Shown: positions 1 through 9,528 of the stretch, piece after piece
How positions within the stretch are numbered: the stretch's first letter is position 1
How the letters are laid out: every line of letters begins with the position of its first letter
Assembly (NCBI GenBank): GCA_038828875.1
Contig: JAWBMQ010000007.1
Span: 1-52,084, forward strand
Origin: Candidatus Woesearchaeota archaeon
GTDB taxonomy: Archaea > Nanobdellota > Nanobdellia > Woesearchaeales > JAWBMQ01
Direction of reading: 5' to 3'
DNA length: 52,084 bases
Program-made: the position numbers and the translations under genes
The notes under the pieces: generated by a model
Told to the model about the DNA's origin: nothing
Seen by the model: the letters and a program-made list of their open reading frames with translations, nothing else
Database searches by the model: none

Positions 1-1476
1 TATTTTTTCATTATTTTCTTTCTTTCTATTTTCTAAGAAATCAAAAAGAGTATTGATGGTAGTAACTAAATTTTTGTTGAGCATTTCTTTTTTAGATGAA
101 AAATAAATAATGTAATTATTCTCGATTTCTATAATTCCTTGTTTTTCTTCATTTAGAACTAAAATTTTTGGTGGAACTTTTTTGTTTAAAACTTTATTTT
201 TTACAATTTCTTTTAATTGTGAATCTACATCTTCTAATACAAGGATTAGGTAATTATTTTCATCTAATGCTTTCAAAAATTCAAGATTTTCGTTAAGGTT
301 TAAAGAATAATAAAAGCTTGAAGGCATAATAATAATTCTATTTTCATAATTTATTATTGATTGTTTATTAACAACAGTTTCGTAGTATTTTTCAAAAATA
401 GAATATAAATCTAAATTAATTATATTTCTAAGTTCTATAAAATTTATTTTTTTTGTTGATGTTGAAGTAAATTCTAATTTAAAGTTTAAGTTTAATTTCT
501 GTTGAATATATGAAAATAATTCTTCGTTTTTATAAACGTTTATCTTTTTGTTCAATTCTTTTATTTTTTCATTAAAAACTTTTTCTTCAGAATCTATATT
601 TGTTTGTGTTTTTTCATCGAGAATGCTCATATTTTTTAATAAGTAAATCCATTCTCCAAAAAAAGACCTAATCCAAACTTCTTTATCAGATGGAAGATAT
701 GGCATATTATCGAGGTCTAATAATTTATTTTGAAATATTTTTGAAATTTCAACTATTTCATAAGTCTCATAATTTTTGAATACTTCAAATGGTGTAAAGT
801 TGATGAAAAAGACTAAGAAAGGATCAGACAAATCTAGTGTAAATTTTGTTTTTTCTAAAGATATGTCTTTTTTAGATGTTATTTTTCTTATTTGATTAAA
901 TTTTCGGAACATATCTAATAGAAAGTTTTTATAATTTTCAGACTTACTGTCGAATGTTACTTTTATTGCTTTATTAGCGCAATCAGAAAGCTTTGCTTCA
1001 AAATTATTTTTTATTAAAGAATCTTTTAGAGAGGATATATATAGCGGTATATCTTGCGGATCTAATAAGATTTGGATAATACTTGTTTTTTCAATTGGAA
1101 TTATAGAATAGTAAATAAATATAGTTTCATCATTTAAACTTATCTTTTTATTTATTTGAATATTAAGCACAATATTATTTAAATAATTGAAAAATATTTT
1201 ATATAGCTCATAATACTTAAAAAAATAAAATTTTTTATTTATATTTCCTGTAATTGAAGAATCAATTTCTAAATAAACGTTATAAAAGATTCCCCCAATT
1301 AGAATAGTAGGGTCCTTTATGTTAGTATTATCGAGTATACATTTGTTTAAATCATTAATTAAAACAAGTAATTGTGTTTTTTCAAGAGATTCTTCTATTA
1401 GAATATCTTTTGCAAAAGTAGAAAATAATAAGATGGTAAAAGAAAGACAAATAATTACTCTTTTATTAAATTTCAT
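1..1476 (-). CDS. Large secreted hypothetical protein, partial (runs off left edge; missing from ORF track)
   Basis: Hand translation from ATG at 1476 gives 492 open codons to position 1. It starts MKFNKRVIICLSFTILLFSTFAKD (signal peptide-like) and lies just downstream of 1522..2829 on the same strand. Confidence 0.85.
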   Translation of the reverse strand, partial: MKFNKRVIICLSFTILLFSTFAKDILIEESLEKTQLLVLINDLNKCILDNTNIKDPTILIGGIFYNVYLEIDSSITGNINKKFYFFKYYELYKIFFNYLNNIVLNIQINKKISLNDETIFIYYSIIPIEKTSIIQILLDPQDIPLYISSLKDSLIKNNFEAKLSDCANKAIKVTFDSKSENYKNFLLDMFRKFNQIRKITSKKDISLEKTKFTLDLSDPFLVFFINFTPFEVFKNYETYEIVEISKIFQNKLLDLDNMPYLPSDKEVWIRSFFGEWIYLLKNMSILDEKTQTNIDSEEKVFNEKIKELNKKINVYKNEELFSYIQQKLNLNFKLEFTSTSTKKINFIELRNIINLDLYSIFEKYYETVVNKQSIINYENRIIIMPSSFYYSLNLNENLEFLKALDENNYLILVLEDVDSQLKEIVKNKVLNKKVPPKILVLNEEKQGIIEIENNYIIYFSSKKEMLNKNLVTTINTLFDFLENRKKENNEKI

Positions 1477-1521
1477 AGAAGTACTAATGTTGTTTTAATT
1501 TATATTTTTTTCTCAATATAA

Positions 1522-2829
1522 TTATAATTTTTTTGTTTTATTTACTTGTGTATATGATTTGAATAAATTTTTTATTTCTTTTCTCAAAGGAATTCTTACA
1601 TCAACTCCTTTAGGGATTCCATAAGCATTTTTTATGTGTGGATTTTCCTTTTTTAAGAGTTCAACATTTACTTTATATTTTTTTGAAATTTCGTTCCAAG
1701 ATTTGTAAGAATCATAACGAAGATGCATGATTTCAAAGAATTCATAGTTGATTTCATTCATTTTTTTTAAGAAAATTTCATTCCATGCTATCGCATTATA
1801 AACATAATATTGCCCAATTTTATTAAACCCTGAAAATTTTCTTTTTAAATGCTCAGAATTTGTAAGTTTATATAGGTGAATATTGTAATTTTTTATTATT
1901 GAAGAATTAATAGAATTTGTTGATAAATCTTGCTTATAATTTATTTTAATATATTCTTTAACTAACGCTCTTACTCTTCCACTTCCTTGATTATATGCAA
2001 GCATTGCTAAATCCCATCTTCCAAATTGATTATATAGTAATTTCATGTATCTTATTGCTGCATCTATAGATTTTTCTGGATGAAATCTTTCATCGATTTC
2101 AGAATTTACAATTAATCCTAGCCCTTTAGCAGTGCTTCTTTGAAATTGATAAATTCCTGCATCATCAGTGAGACTATTGTAACTATTTAATTTACCATCA
2201 TTTTCGATTAAGAAAATACCTAATGATACATAAAGAGGAACTTCATATCTTTTAGAAGTAAAATAAATTTCCTCTAGAAATCTTCCTAAAAATTGTAATT
2301 TTTGTTCTACCCATTCTTTATGTTTTGAAATTGAATTTTCTCTTTGCTTTGAAATTTCATAAATTTTGTAAGAATAATAACTATCAACGTTTTCAAGAAA
2401 TGATGAATAATTCTTTCTAAAATCATAGAAATTTGTTGAATATTTCGGATAATTGTTTGATATGTTTTTTTCTAATGATTGTTTATTTTCATAAACGATA
2501 TATTTTACATCAATTTTATTGGAAATCGTTTTTGAATCTAATGAATCAGTATTATTTAAATTCTCAAATTCAGATACAATTTTATTACTTTGTTGTTTAT
2601 CTATTTCATAAATTGATGAAACGTTACTTGGTTCATTTAATTCATAATAGTTAATAATCTGTGGTTGTTCATAGAAAAATTTTTCTTCAACTTTTTTATT
2701 AAAATCTTTAGGAATTGAAAAATAAGTTATTGAAATTGCACCTCCTATCATAATTAAATTATTCAATATTTTTTTGAGCAAATTTTCATCTTTATTGTTA
2801 ATTTTTTTGGTGTGTAAATACGTATTCAT
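1522..2829 (-). CDS. Membrane-anchored lytic transglycosylase (GH23/SLT, MltD-like) with C-terminal LysM
   Basis: N-terminal hydrophobic segment; motifs LIENDG (catalytic Glu), AGIYQF, DERFHPEKSIDAA, WDLAMLAYNQG; LysM-like SWNEISKKYKVNVELLKKENP...IPKGVDVRIP. Confidence 0.9.
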   Translation of the reverse strand: MNTYLHTKKINNKDENLLKKILNNLIMIGGAISITYFSIPKDFNKKVEEKFFYEQPQIINYYELNEPSNVSSIYEIDKQQSNKIVSEFENLNNTDSLDSKTISNKIDVKYIVYENKQSLEKNISNNYPKYSTNFYDFRKNYSSFLENVDSYYSYKIYEISKQRENSISKHKEWVEQKLQFLGRFLEEIYFTSKRYEVPLYVSLGIFLIENDGKLNSYNSLTDDAGIYQFQRSTAKGLGLIVNSEIDERFHPEKSIDAAIRYMKLLYNQFGRWDLAMLAYNQGSGRVRALVKEYIKINYKQDLSTNSINSSIIKNYNIHLYKLTNSEHLKRKFSGFNKIGQYYVYNAIAWNEIFLKKMNEINYEFFEIMHLRYDSYKSWNEISKKYKVNVELLKKENPHIKNAYGIPKGVDVRIPLRKEIKNLFKSYTQVNKTKKL

Positions 2830-2900
2830 TTTTCCACCAATAAGTGAGTTTTTTTATAAAGAATAATTTTAAATAAGTAGTTACTTTTAAAAATCTTATG

Positions 2901-2943
2901 ATTTAGTAATCTAGATTACAAATCGTTCGATTATCGATAGCTA
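2901..2943. promoter_or_regulatory. Palindrome cluster in divergent promoter region (candidate operator)
   Basis: Perfect 14-bp palindrome GTAATCTAGATTAC (2906-2919), then AATCG-TT-CGATT (2921-2932) and TCGAT-T-ATCGA (2927-2937). Confidence 0.4.
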
Positions 2944-3012
2944 AAATTATAAACTAAAAAGTGATTGCAAAAACTTTTATATAATAAAACTATTGTGTTT
3001 TTGGTGAGTAAA

Positions 3013-3243
3013 ATGTTAGTAGGTTTTGATTTAAATCAGATTTTGTTGTTAGTTGTTTTAGCTGCATTGTTGGCTATTATGTATGTTTTAAGAATTTTAG
3101 TTATTATGGAAAGAAGTGTTGCTAATATTGAGCTTCATTTAGAAAAGATGGTTGAAAAGCTGTATGCTGAAGAAATGAAATTAGAAAAAGAAACTAAGAA
3201 AATCGAAAAGAAATTGGATGAAATTGAAGAAGAAGTCGATTAA
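3013..3243 (+). CDS. Small membrane protein with coiled-coil tail
   Basis: GGTGA RBS at 3003-3007 before ATG 3013; one TM helix followed by an acidic/basic helical tail. Confidence 0.8.
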   Translation: MLVGFDLNQILLLVVLAALLAIMYVLRILVIMERSVANIELHLEKMVEKLYAEEMKLEKETKKIEKKLDEIEEEVD

Positions 3244-3271
3244 ACTTTTTTCTTTTTCTTGAATTTTTGCA

Positions 3272-4204
3272 ATGTCATACGAAGAGTTTTTTAAAATTGT
3301 GGAAGATATTAAATCTTTGAAAATTCAAGGAGCACAGAGTATTGCAATTTCAGGTGTAAAAGCGTTAACAATTGCATTTCATGATTCTCTTTCTTTACAA
3401 ATGAATGTAGATGAGATAAAAGAAAAGATTTATGAAATGAAGAAGATTTTGGAAAATTCTAGACCAACTGAACCATTGATGAGAAATATCTTAAATTATA
3501 TCTGGTTTAAGATAAAAGACGATTATGAGCTTTTTTTGTTGAAAAAAGATTTTGAATTAGCAGTACAGTATATTTCTCAACATTTTAAAGAAGTAGATGA
3601 AAAAATTGCAGAATTTGGATCTAATTTAATAAAGAATGGGATGATTGTTTTTACTCACTGTCACAGTAGTAATGTTGTAAAATTGTTAAAAAAAGCACAT
3701 GATAAAGGAATCAAATTTGAAGTTTACAATACAGAAACAAGACCTAAGTTTCAAGGTAGAATTACTGCTAAAGAATTAGCAGATTATGGAATTAAAGTTA
3801 CTCATTTTGTAGATTCTGCAGCAAGAATTGCTTTGAAAAATGCAGATCTTTTTTTATTTGGAGCAGATGCAATAACTGCTCAGGGAAAAGTTGTTAATAA
3901 AATTGGAACAGAGTTATTTGCAGAAATTGCACAAATTTTCGGAGTTCAAGTTTATTGTGTTACGGATTCTTGGAAATTTGATCCTATGACTTATTTTAAG
4001 CCAGAGGAAATTGAAATCAGAAGTCCTGATGAAGTATGGCCAAATGCACCGAATAATGTAGAAATAATAAATTATGCTTTTGAAATGGTTGATAAAGAAT
4101 TGATTGATGGTATAGTTACTGAATTAGGAATTTTGAATATAGATGATTTACCATATGAATTAAGAGAACATTATAATTGGCTTTTCAAAGTTTATGAAAA
4201 ATAA
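3272..4204 (+). CDS. Ribose-1,5-bisphosphate isomerase (eIF-2B alpha/beta/delta family)
   Basis: IQGA, SRPTEP, THCHSS (catalytic Cys), ETRP, GADAI (catalytic Asp), NKIGT. Confidence 0.88.
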   Translation: MSYEEFFKIVEDIKSLKIQGAQSIAISGVKALTIAFHDSLSLQMNVDEIKEKIYEMKKILENSRPTEPLMRNILNYIWFKIKDDYELFLLKKDFELAVQYISQHFKEVDEKIAEFGSNLIKNGMIVFTHCHSSNVVKLLKKAHDKGIKFEVYNTETRPKFQGRITAKELADYGIKVTHFVDSAARIALKNADLFLFGADAITAQGKVVNKIGTELFAEIAQIFGVQVYCVTDSWKFDPMTYFKPEEIEIRSPDEVWPNAPNNVEIINYAFEMVDKELIDGIVTELGILNIDDLPYELREHYNWLFKVYEK

Positions 4205-4215
4205 ACGGTGATTGA

Positions 4216-5037
4216 ATGTTAGTAAGTTCAAAAGAGTTGTTGAATTCTGCTAAAGCTAAGAAGATTGCGATTGGAGCATTTAATATTAATAATTATGAGT
4301 TTGCTAAAGGAATTATTTTAGCAGCTCAAGAGATGAAACAAGATGTGATCGTTCAAACAACACAGCATGCTATTGATTATGCAAGTTTTAAAGTTTTATC
4401 TTCAATTGTCAAAAGTTTAGCAGAAGATTATGATGTTAAAATTGTTCTTCATTTGGATCATGGTAAAGATATAAAATATGTTATAAATGCTATAAAATAT
4501 GGATGGACCAGTGTGATGATTGATGGTTCTGATTTACCATATGAACAAAATGTTGCTTTAACTAAGGCAGTTGTAAAAATTGCTCATCAAGCAGAAATCC
4601 CTGTTGAAGGAGAGCTAGGACCGATACCTAAAGCTACAGAAAAGATTACTAAATTTACGGATCCAGATCAAGTTGAAGATTTTGTAAATTCTACAGATGT
4701 TGATTTTCTTGCAGTAGCTATTGGAAATGCACATGGAATTTATTCTGATCCCAATCCTAAGATAAATTTAGACGTTCTCAAAAAAATAAATAAAAAAGTT
4801 AACATTCCTTTAGTTATGCATGGTGGTTCTGGGTTGCCAGATGAACAAATAAAGCAAGCTATTCAAAATGGAATTTCTAAGATCAATTTTGATACTGAAT
4901 TAAGAATAGCTTTTAGCAATGCATTAGAAAATTACTTCAAAAAAGAGCCGGGAAGTTATAATGTTAGAACATTTTTAACTGAAAGTATTAATTCAGTAAA
5001 AGAAAAAGTAAAAGAAAAGATGAAACTTCTTCAATAG
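4216..5037 (+). CDS. fba: Class II fructose-bisphosphate (ketose-bisphosphate) aldolase
   Basis: GAFN, HLDHG, SVMIDGS, VEGELG, GNAHG, VMHGGSG, KIN motifs. Confidence 0.9.
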   Translation: MLVSSKELLNSAKAKKIAIGAFNINNYEFAKGIILAAQEMKQDVIVQTTQHAIDYASFKVLSSIVKSLAEDYDVKIVLHLDHGKDIKYVINAIKYGWTSVMIDGSDLPYEQNVALTKAVVKIAHQAEIPVEGELGPIPKATEKITKFTDPDQVEDFVNSTDVDFLAVAIGNAHGIYSDPNPKINLDVLKKINKKVNIPLVMHGGSGLPDEQIKQAIQNGISKINFDTELRIAFSNALENYFKKEPGSYNVRTFLTESINSVKEKVKEKMKLLQ

Positions 5038-5072
5038 TAAATTTTTTAAATTAAAGAAAAAATTATTAATTT

Positions 5073-6152
5073 ATGGCAGATGTTCTTCAAAAAATAAAAG
5101 ATTTAGCAATGCAGGTTTATTCTAAGATAAATAAACTTGAACCTCCTGAATTAGAAGTTCCCCAAAGAAATTTGCAAAATGTGTATTATGATGAAAATTT
5201 AGGTTATTTTGAAATGAAAACTTTAACAAAGAAAAGAAAATTGTCAGTGAATACAGTGAAAACTTTTGCTCAAACTTTGAAGATGATTGAGCTATCAAAA
5301 ATTCTAGTAGAGACTGATGATATTGCAACTAAAAGAGAAGCATATTATGTTTCAAAAAATTGGGGTGAAGCAAGATTTAAAGAGCAGCCAGAATCTGATG
5401 CAATAATGGACGATATCGAAGCAATGTTTGGAGTTAATCGTGAGCAATTAGGATTTATTCCTGAAGAGAGAGGTGGAGATGTTGCAGGAGAACTGATTGT
5501 TATAGATAAAGATGCAGAAGGAAAAAAATTAGAAATTGATTGTACTAAATTTGGATCAGGTGCTTATAGTATTCCAGTTTCAGTAGAACATTTAAAGTTT
5601 CAGACAGATGCTGAATACATAATAGCTATAGAAACGCACGGTATGTTTCAGCGTTTGGCAAAACATGGATTTTGGAAGAAATCAAATTCAATACTAATTA
5701 ATATGGGTGGTGTTCCGACACGAGCAACAAGACGCTTTATTAGAAGACTTTCTGATGAATACAAAATTCCGGTAGTAGTTTTTACAGATGGTGATCCTTA
5801 CGGATGGTTAAATATATATAGAACTTTAAAAGTAGGTTCTGGAAATTCAGCACATATAAATAAGTTTTTTTCTGTTCCTAATGCAAAGTTTATAGGAATT
5901 ACTGCAAGAGATATTAAAGATTATGCTTTACCAACACATCCTTTAAAGGACGTTGATATCAAACGCATTGATGATGGTATAAAGAACGATCCTTTTGTTA
6001 AGCATTATCAGCAATGGCAACAAGAATTAACATTGCTGAAAACTATGAAAAAAAGAGCAGAACAACAAGCATTAGCAACTCATGGTTTAAATTACGTAAT
6101 TGATACTTATCTACCTGAAAAGCTTGCAAATCCTGAGCGTTGGTTACCATAA
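5073..6152 (+). CDS. top6A: DNA topoisomerase VI subunit A
   Basis: TKREAYY catalytic Tyr; TOPRIM motifs IAIET, GVPTRATRRF, DGDPYG; AEQQAL. Confidence 0.96.
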   Translation: MADVLQKIKDLAMQVYSKINKLEPPELEVPQRNLQNVYYDENLGYFEMKTLTKKRKLSVNTVKTFAQTLKMIELSKILVETDDIATKREAYYVSKNWGEARFKEQPESDAIMDDIEAMFGVNREQLGFIPEERGGDVAGELIVIDKDAEGKKLEIDCTKFGSGAYSIPVSVEHLKFQTDAEYIIAIETHGMFQRLAKHGFWKKSNSILINMGGVPTRATRRFIRRLSDEYKIPVVVFTDGDPYGWLNIYRTLKVGSGNSAHINKFFSVPNAKFIGITARDIKDYALPTHPLKDVDIKRIDDGIKNDPFVKHYQQWQQELTLLKTMKKRAEQQALATHGLNYVIDTYLPEKLANPERWLP

Positions 6153-6186
6153 CTTTTAAATATTTTTTCTTTCTTTTAAGTGAAAA

Positions 6187-7293
6187 ATGGAAAATTATGA
6201 TAATTTTGAAAAACAAATTAAAAGAAGGAGATTTTTTAGAACTTTAATTTCTTCAGTAGTAATTGGTGCTTCAGCTATAGGAGGTTATTTTTTGGTAGAT
6301 TATTTTGTAACAAAGAATAAAAATAAGGTGAATCTTTTAGTAAATCCTGTGGTTATAGAAAAAAAGATAGATGAAGAAAATAAAGATAATGAAGTTAAAA
6401 TAGAGGACAACTTAGAAGATATTGTTTATGAAATTCAATTAGATGAAAAAGAATATTCTTTTAAAGATAGATATTATGAAATCTTTAAAGATTATAATAA
6501 TCAAGAATTGAAAGAAATTTACCAAAATGTAGAACAAATTAAAAAATTAGGAATTAGTAATAAGAAATTAGATCTATTAGTTCAATATCTTCCAGAGATA
6601 AGTGATGCATCTAAAAAATACGGAGTACCGATTTATGTTTTGGGAGGAATTATGCTTTATGTGGGTGATGGTACCTTAAAAGCATATGATAAAAAAACAG
6701 ATTGTGCAGGGATTTATCAGATTCAAAGAAATACTGCAAGAGAGCTGAAATTATGGATGAATGAATCTGTTGATTATAGATTCTTTCCCGAGTTTGCAAT
6801 AAATGCAGCAGCAAAGCATTTGAAATGGTTAAAAGATGTTTTTTCGAGATGGGATTTAGCAATCTTAGCTTATAATCAAGGAGAAAAAAGAGTGAAGCAG
6901 TTAATGGAAGAAATAATTGCTATGAATTATCATGATGTCAGATCAATTAATGAGCTGAGATATTATGATTTGAAGAATAATGAACAATTGTTGAAAATGT
7001 ATGAAGGTTTTGAAAAATATGGAAAAAATTATTTAGAATCAATTCTTGCTTCTTGGGAGCTTTTTTTGGAAAATAAAGAGAAGATAAAAGCAATAAAAAC
7101 AAAGTATTATTTTTATGAGACTACAAGATCAGATTATACTTTAGAAGAATTGAGCGTTATCTTTCAAATTCCTTTGGAGGAATTAATTGCTGAAAATCCA
7201 CAGATAAGAGATATCAATAACATTCCTACAGGAGCACTTATAAGGATTCCTAAAGAGAAATATAAAATGGATCCTAATTATTATATAAAATAA
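6187..7293 (+). CDS. Lytic transglycosylase-like + LysM protein, catalytic Glu replaced by Val
   Basis: Paralogue of 1522..2829 (AGIYQI, WDLAILAYNQG, ENPQIRDINNIPTGALIRIP); LYVGDG aligns without gaps to LIENDG; N-terminal TM segment. Confidence 0.87.
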   Translation: MENYDNFEKQIKRRRFFRTLISSVVIGASAIGGYFLVDYFVTKNKNKVNLLVNPVVIEKKIDEENKDNEVKIEDNLEDIVYEIQLDEKEYSFKDRYYEIFKDYNNQELKEIYQNVEQIKKLGISNKKLDLLVQYLPEISDASKKYGVPIYVLGGIMLYVGDGTLKAYDKKTDCAGIYQIQRNTARELKLWMNESVDYRFFPEFAINAAAKHLKWLKDVFSRWDLAILAYNQGEKRVKQLMEEIIAMNYHDVRSINELRYYDLKNNEQLLKMYEGFEKYGKNYLESILASWELFLENKEKIKAIKTKYYFYETTRSDYTLEELSVIFQIPLEELIAENPQIRDINNIPTGALIRIPKEKYKMDPNYYIK

Positions 7294-7326
7294 TGATAAA
7301 ATTTATATATTTGTGGAAAAAAACTA

Positions 7327-9528
7327 ATGAGGATGAAAAAAAGAATAATTTTTTTATTCTTATGGTTAATCTTCTTATCAAATATTGTATATTCTTCTAA
7401 AGAAGTAAGTGAGTTAGATTTAGGTTCATCAAATTCTTTTCAAATAAAAGAATCAATAATTGAAGAGAAGGTTTTATCTTATAATAAGTATGTTGTTGAT
7501 TGTTTATTACAGAATGTAAAAACTGGTTTTAAAATTTTTGTTGAAGCTAAAGCTCAAGACGAAGTATTTTTCTCTAAAGATTGGAACGTAGAGTGTAATT
7601 ATATTTGGTGTGATAAAAATAAGGATGATGATCTTTATTTTAAAGTAACTTATCAATTTGATGATAAATATGCAAATACGTTGGCAGCAATATATATTTT
7701 TTTAAGAGGTAATGAAAACTTACAGCTTGATTTAAAGCTTGATTCTTGTAAGCATTTAGATTCCAATGTAGAAGAAAGCAAATTTATTTCTGATTTAAAT
7801 TACTATGAAAAAAAGATTTTTTTAATGTTAAATCATATGAAGTTTTATTTAGGAGATAAAATTAAGGTTCCTATTTGTAAAGAATCGACAATTTATACAC
7901 AACAAAATCTTGAAAAAACAGTTAGTAAGATTAACAATGATTTTGGAAAGAAATATAATCTTCCAATCATTCAATACATTTTGGTTGATGATTTATCTTC
8001 TAATGATGTTTGCTATAGATCAATATATGAATTTTTAGAGGAGCAAGAGAAAAAGGCATTAGAAAAAATCTCTATATTGTTAGATAATAGAGAATCATTA
8101 TTCATTTTAAATAAACTTTTTTATTCTAAAGATTTCACATTATCACAATTGAATGCTGCTTTGAACAATAATAATCGATTTTTGTATGTTTTTGAAGATG
8201 ATAAGAAATTATATGATCTTTTAAAGCAAGTTTTTTCTAAAGCAAAGTTTATTAGACCTTCAGTTATTTTATATGACAATTTGATTAATAAACTTCGTTA
8301 TATAATTTTACAAAAAGAAAATAAGATAATCATAGTTCCGATGATTATTTTAGCATATAACAAGAATACTTTTTCTAATCAAATACAATATTCCTACGAA
8401 TACTTACAAAAAGTTCAAAATAGAAATTATAAAATTACTGACATTTTTAATAAAAAAGGTTATTTTGAATTAGCACTAAGAACTGATCAGGAATTAATTA
8501 TTACTTCTAAATTCTTTAATAATGAAGATCTTTTGAAAAAATATCTAGCTAATTATTATTCTCCCATCGAAATTTTCAAACTTACCGATACAAAAATATA
8601 TGTTTATGTAAAATCTTTAGATACCGTTCATGATGTGTTTAGTTGGGGATTTACTAGGGGTGATGCACCTAAATCACCCATAGAAGTTTTAAAAAATTTA
8701 AAAAATATTGAAAACGAAATAAAAGCAGCAAAATTTTCATTTAATAAAGTAATTTATAATTATCAAACATATTATGAAAATAAAGAGAAAAAATCTAAAA
8801 AAGTCATTTCAAAAATTATACCTACTAATTTAGTTCAAGCATGTAAAGATAATTTTTTATTAAAATTAAGGTCATATAATTTATTAGTCAATGATTGCAA
8901 AATTGATATCTGCAAAATTGATTATAAAAATTTTGATATATTTAATTATATTTACCGCGTTTCTGAATGTTATGCTATAGATCCTTTATTAGTTATAAGT
9001 CTTATTGCTAGAGAAAGTGATGGAATTAATAATTTTAAAGAAAGAGGAGCAGTAGGATTAGGTCAATTTACAACAACTACTGGAGAAGAAAATAATTTAT
9101 TAACGTTCAATAATAAAGGAGAATATCTTGATTTTAGGCATCATCCATTGTTAAATATCGGTGCGTTAGTTATATATCTTCGAGATAATTTAGATGTTTC
9201 TTTAAAAGATTCAAAAAGAGGAATTGAAGATGCACTTTGGTATTATAATTTTGGTCAAGGAAATATTATAAAGTATTTTTCTAACTTAAAGTCTTCAAAA
9301 ATTTCTGAAAAAATAAACAGTATTCTAGAAAATGCTCCTGTAGATGATACTCTTGGAAATAAAAAGCTAGAAGTTGCACAATATGCACCTACTATTATTT
9401 CATATTATTTATTTTATAATTATGTAGGAATAAGTAAAAATGATGGTAAGAGTTTTTCAAAAGATATAAATTCTTTATTAACTAAATACAATATTGCAAT
9501 TTATTTTCCACAAGGTGAAATTAAATGA
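7327..9528 (+). CDS. Large secreted protein with C-terminal SLT lytic transglycosylase domain
   Basis: Signal peptide; YAIDPLLVISLIARES, GAVGLGQF, DFRHHPLLNI, ALWYYNFG. Confidence 0.85.
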   Translation: MRMKKRIIFLFLWLIFLSNIVYSSKEVSELDLGSSNSFQIKESIIEEKVLSYNKYVVDCLLQNVKTGFKIFVEAKAQDEVFFSKDWNVECNYIWCDKNKDDDLYFKVTYQFDDKYANTLAAIYIFLRGNENLQLDLKLDSCKHLDSNVEESKFISDLNYYEKKIFLMLNHMKFYLGDKIKVPICKESTIYTQQNLEKTVSKINNDFGKKYNLPIIQYILVDDLSSNDVCYRSIYEFLEEQEKKALEKISILLDNRESLFILNKLFYSKDFTLSQLNAALNNNNRFLYVFEDDKKLYDLLKQVFSKAKFIRPSVILYDNLINKLRYIILQKENKIIIVPMIILAYNKNTFSNQIQYSYEYLQKVQNRNYKITDIFNKKGYFELALRTDQELIITSKFFNNEDLLKKYLANYYSPIEIFKLTDTKIYVYVKSLDTVHDVFSWGFTRGDAPKSPIEVLKNLKNIENEIKAAKFSFNKVIYNYQTYYENKEKKSKKVISKIIPTNLVQACKDNFLLKLRSYNLLVNDCKIDICKIDYKNFDIFNYIYRVSECYAIDPLLVISLIARESDGINNFKERGAVGLGQFTTTTGEENNLLTFNNKGEYLDFRHHPLLNIGALVIYLRDNLDVSLKDSKRGIEDALWYYNFGQGNIIKYFSNLKSSKISEKINSILENAPVDDTLGNKKLEVAQYAPTIISYYLFYNYVGISKNDGKSFSKDINSLLTKYNIAIYFPQGEIK

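Noticed and set aside
5073-6152. Orphan top6A (and gatE without gatD) as a novel system
   Set aside because: Partner genes are often unlinked in reduced archaeal genomes; absence from one window is uninformative.
6220-6300. Tat signal (RRRFF) on the dead LT
   Set aside because: Plausible, but indistinguishable from a positive-inside cluster before a TM anchor; no tat genes in the window.
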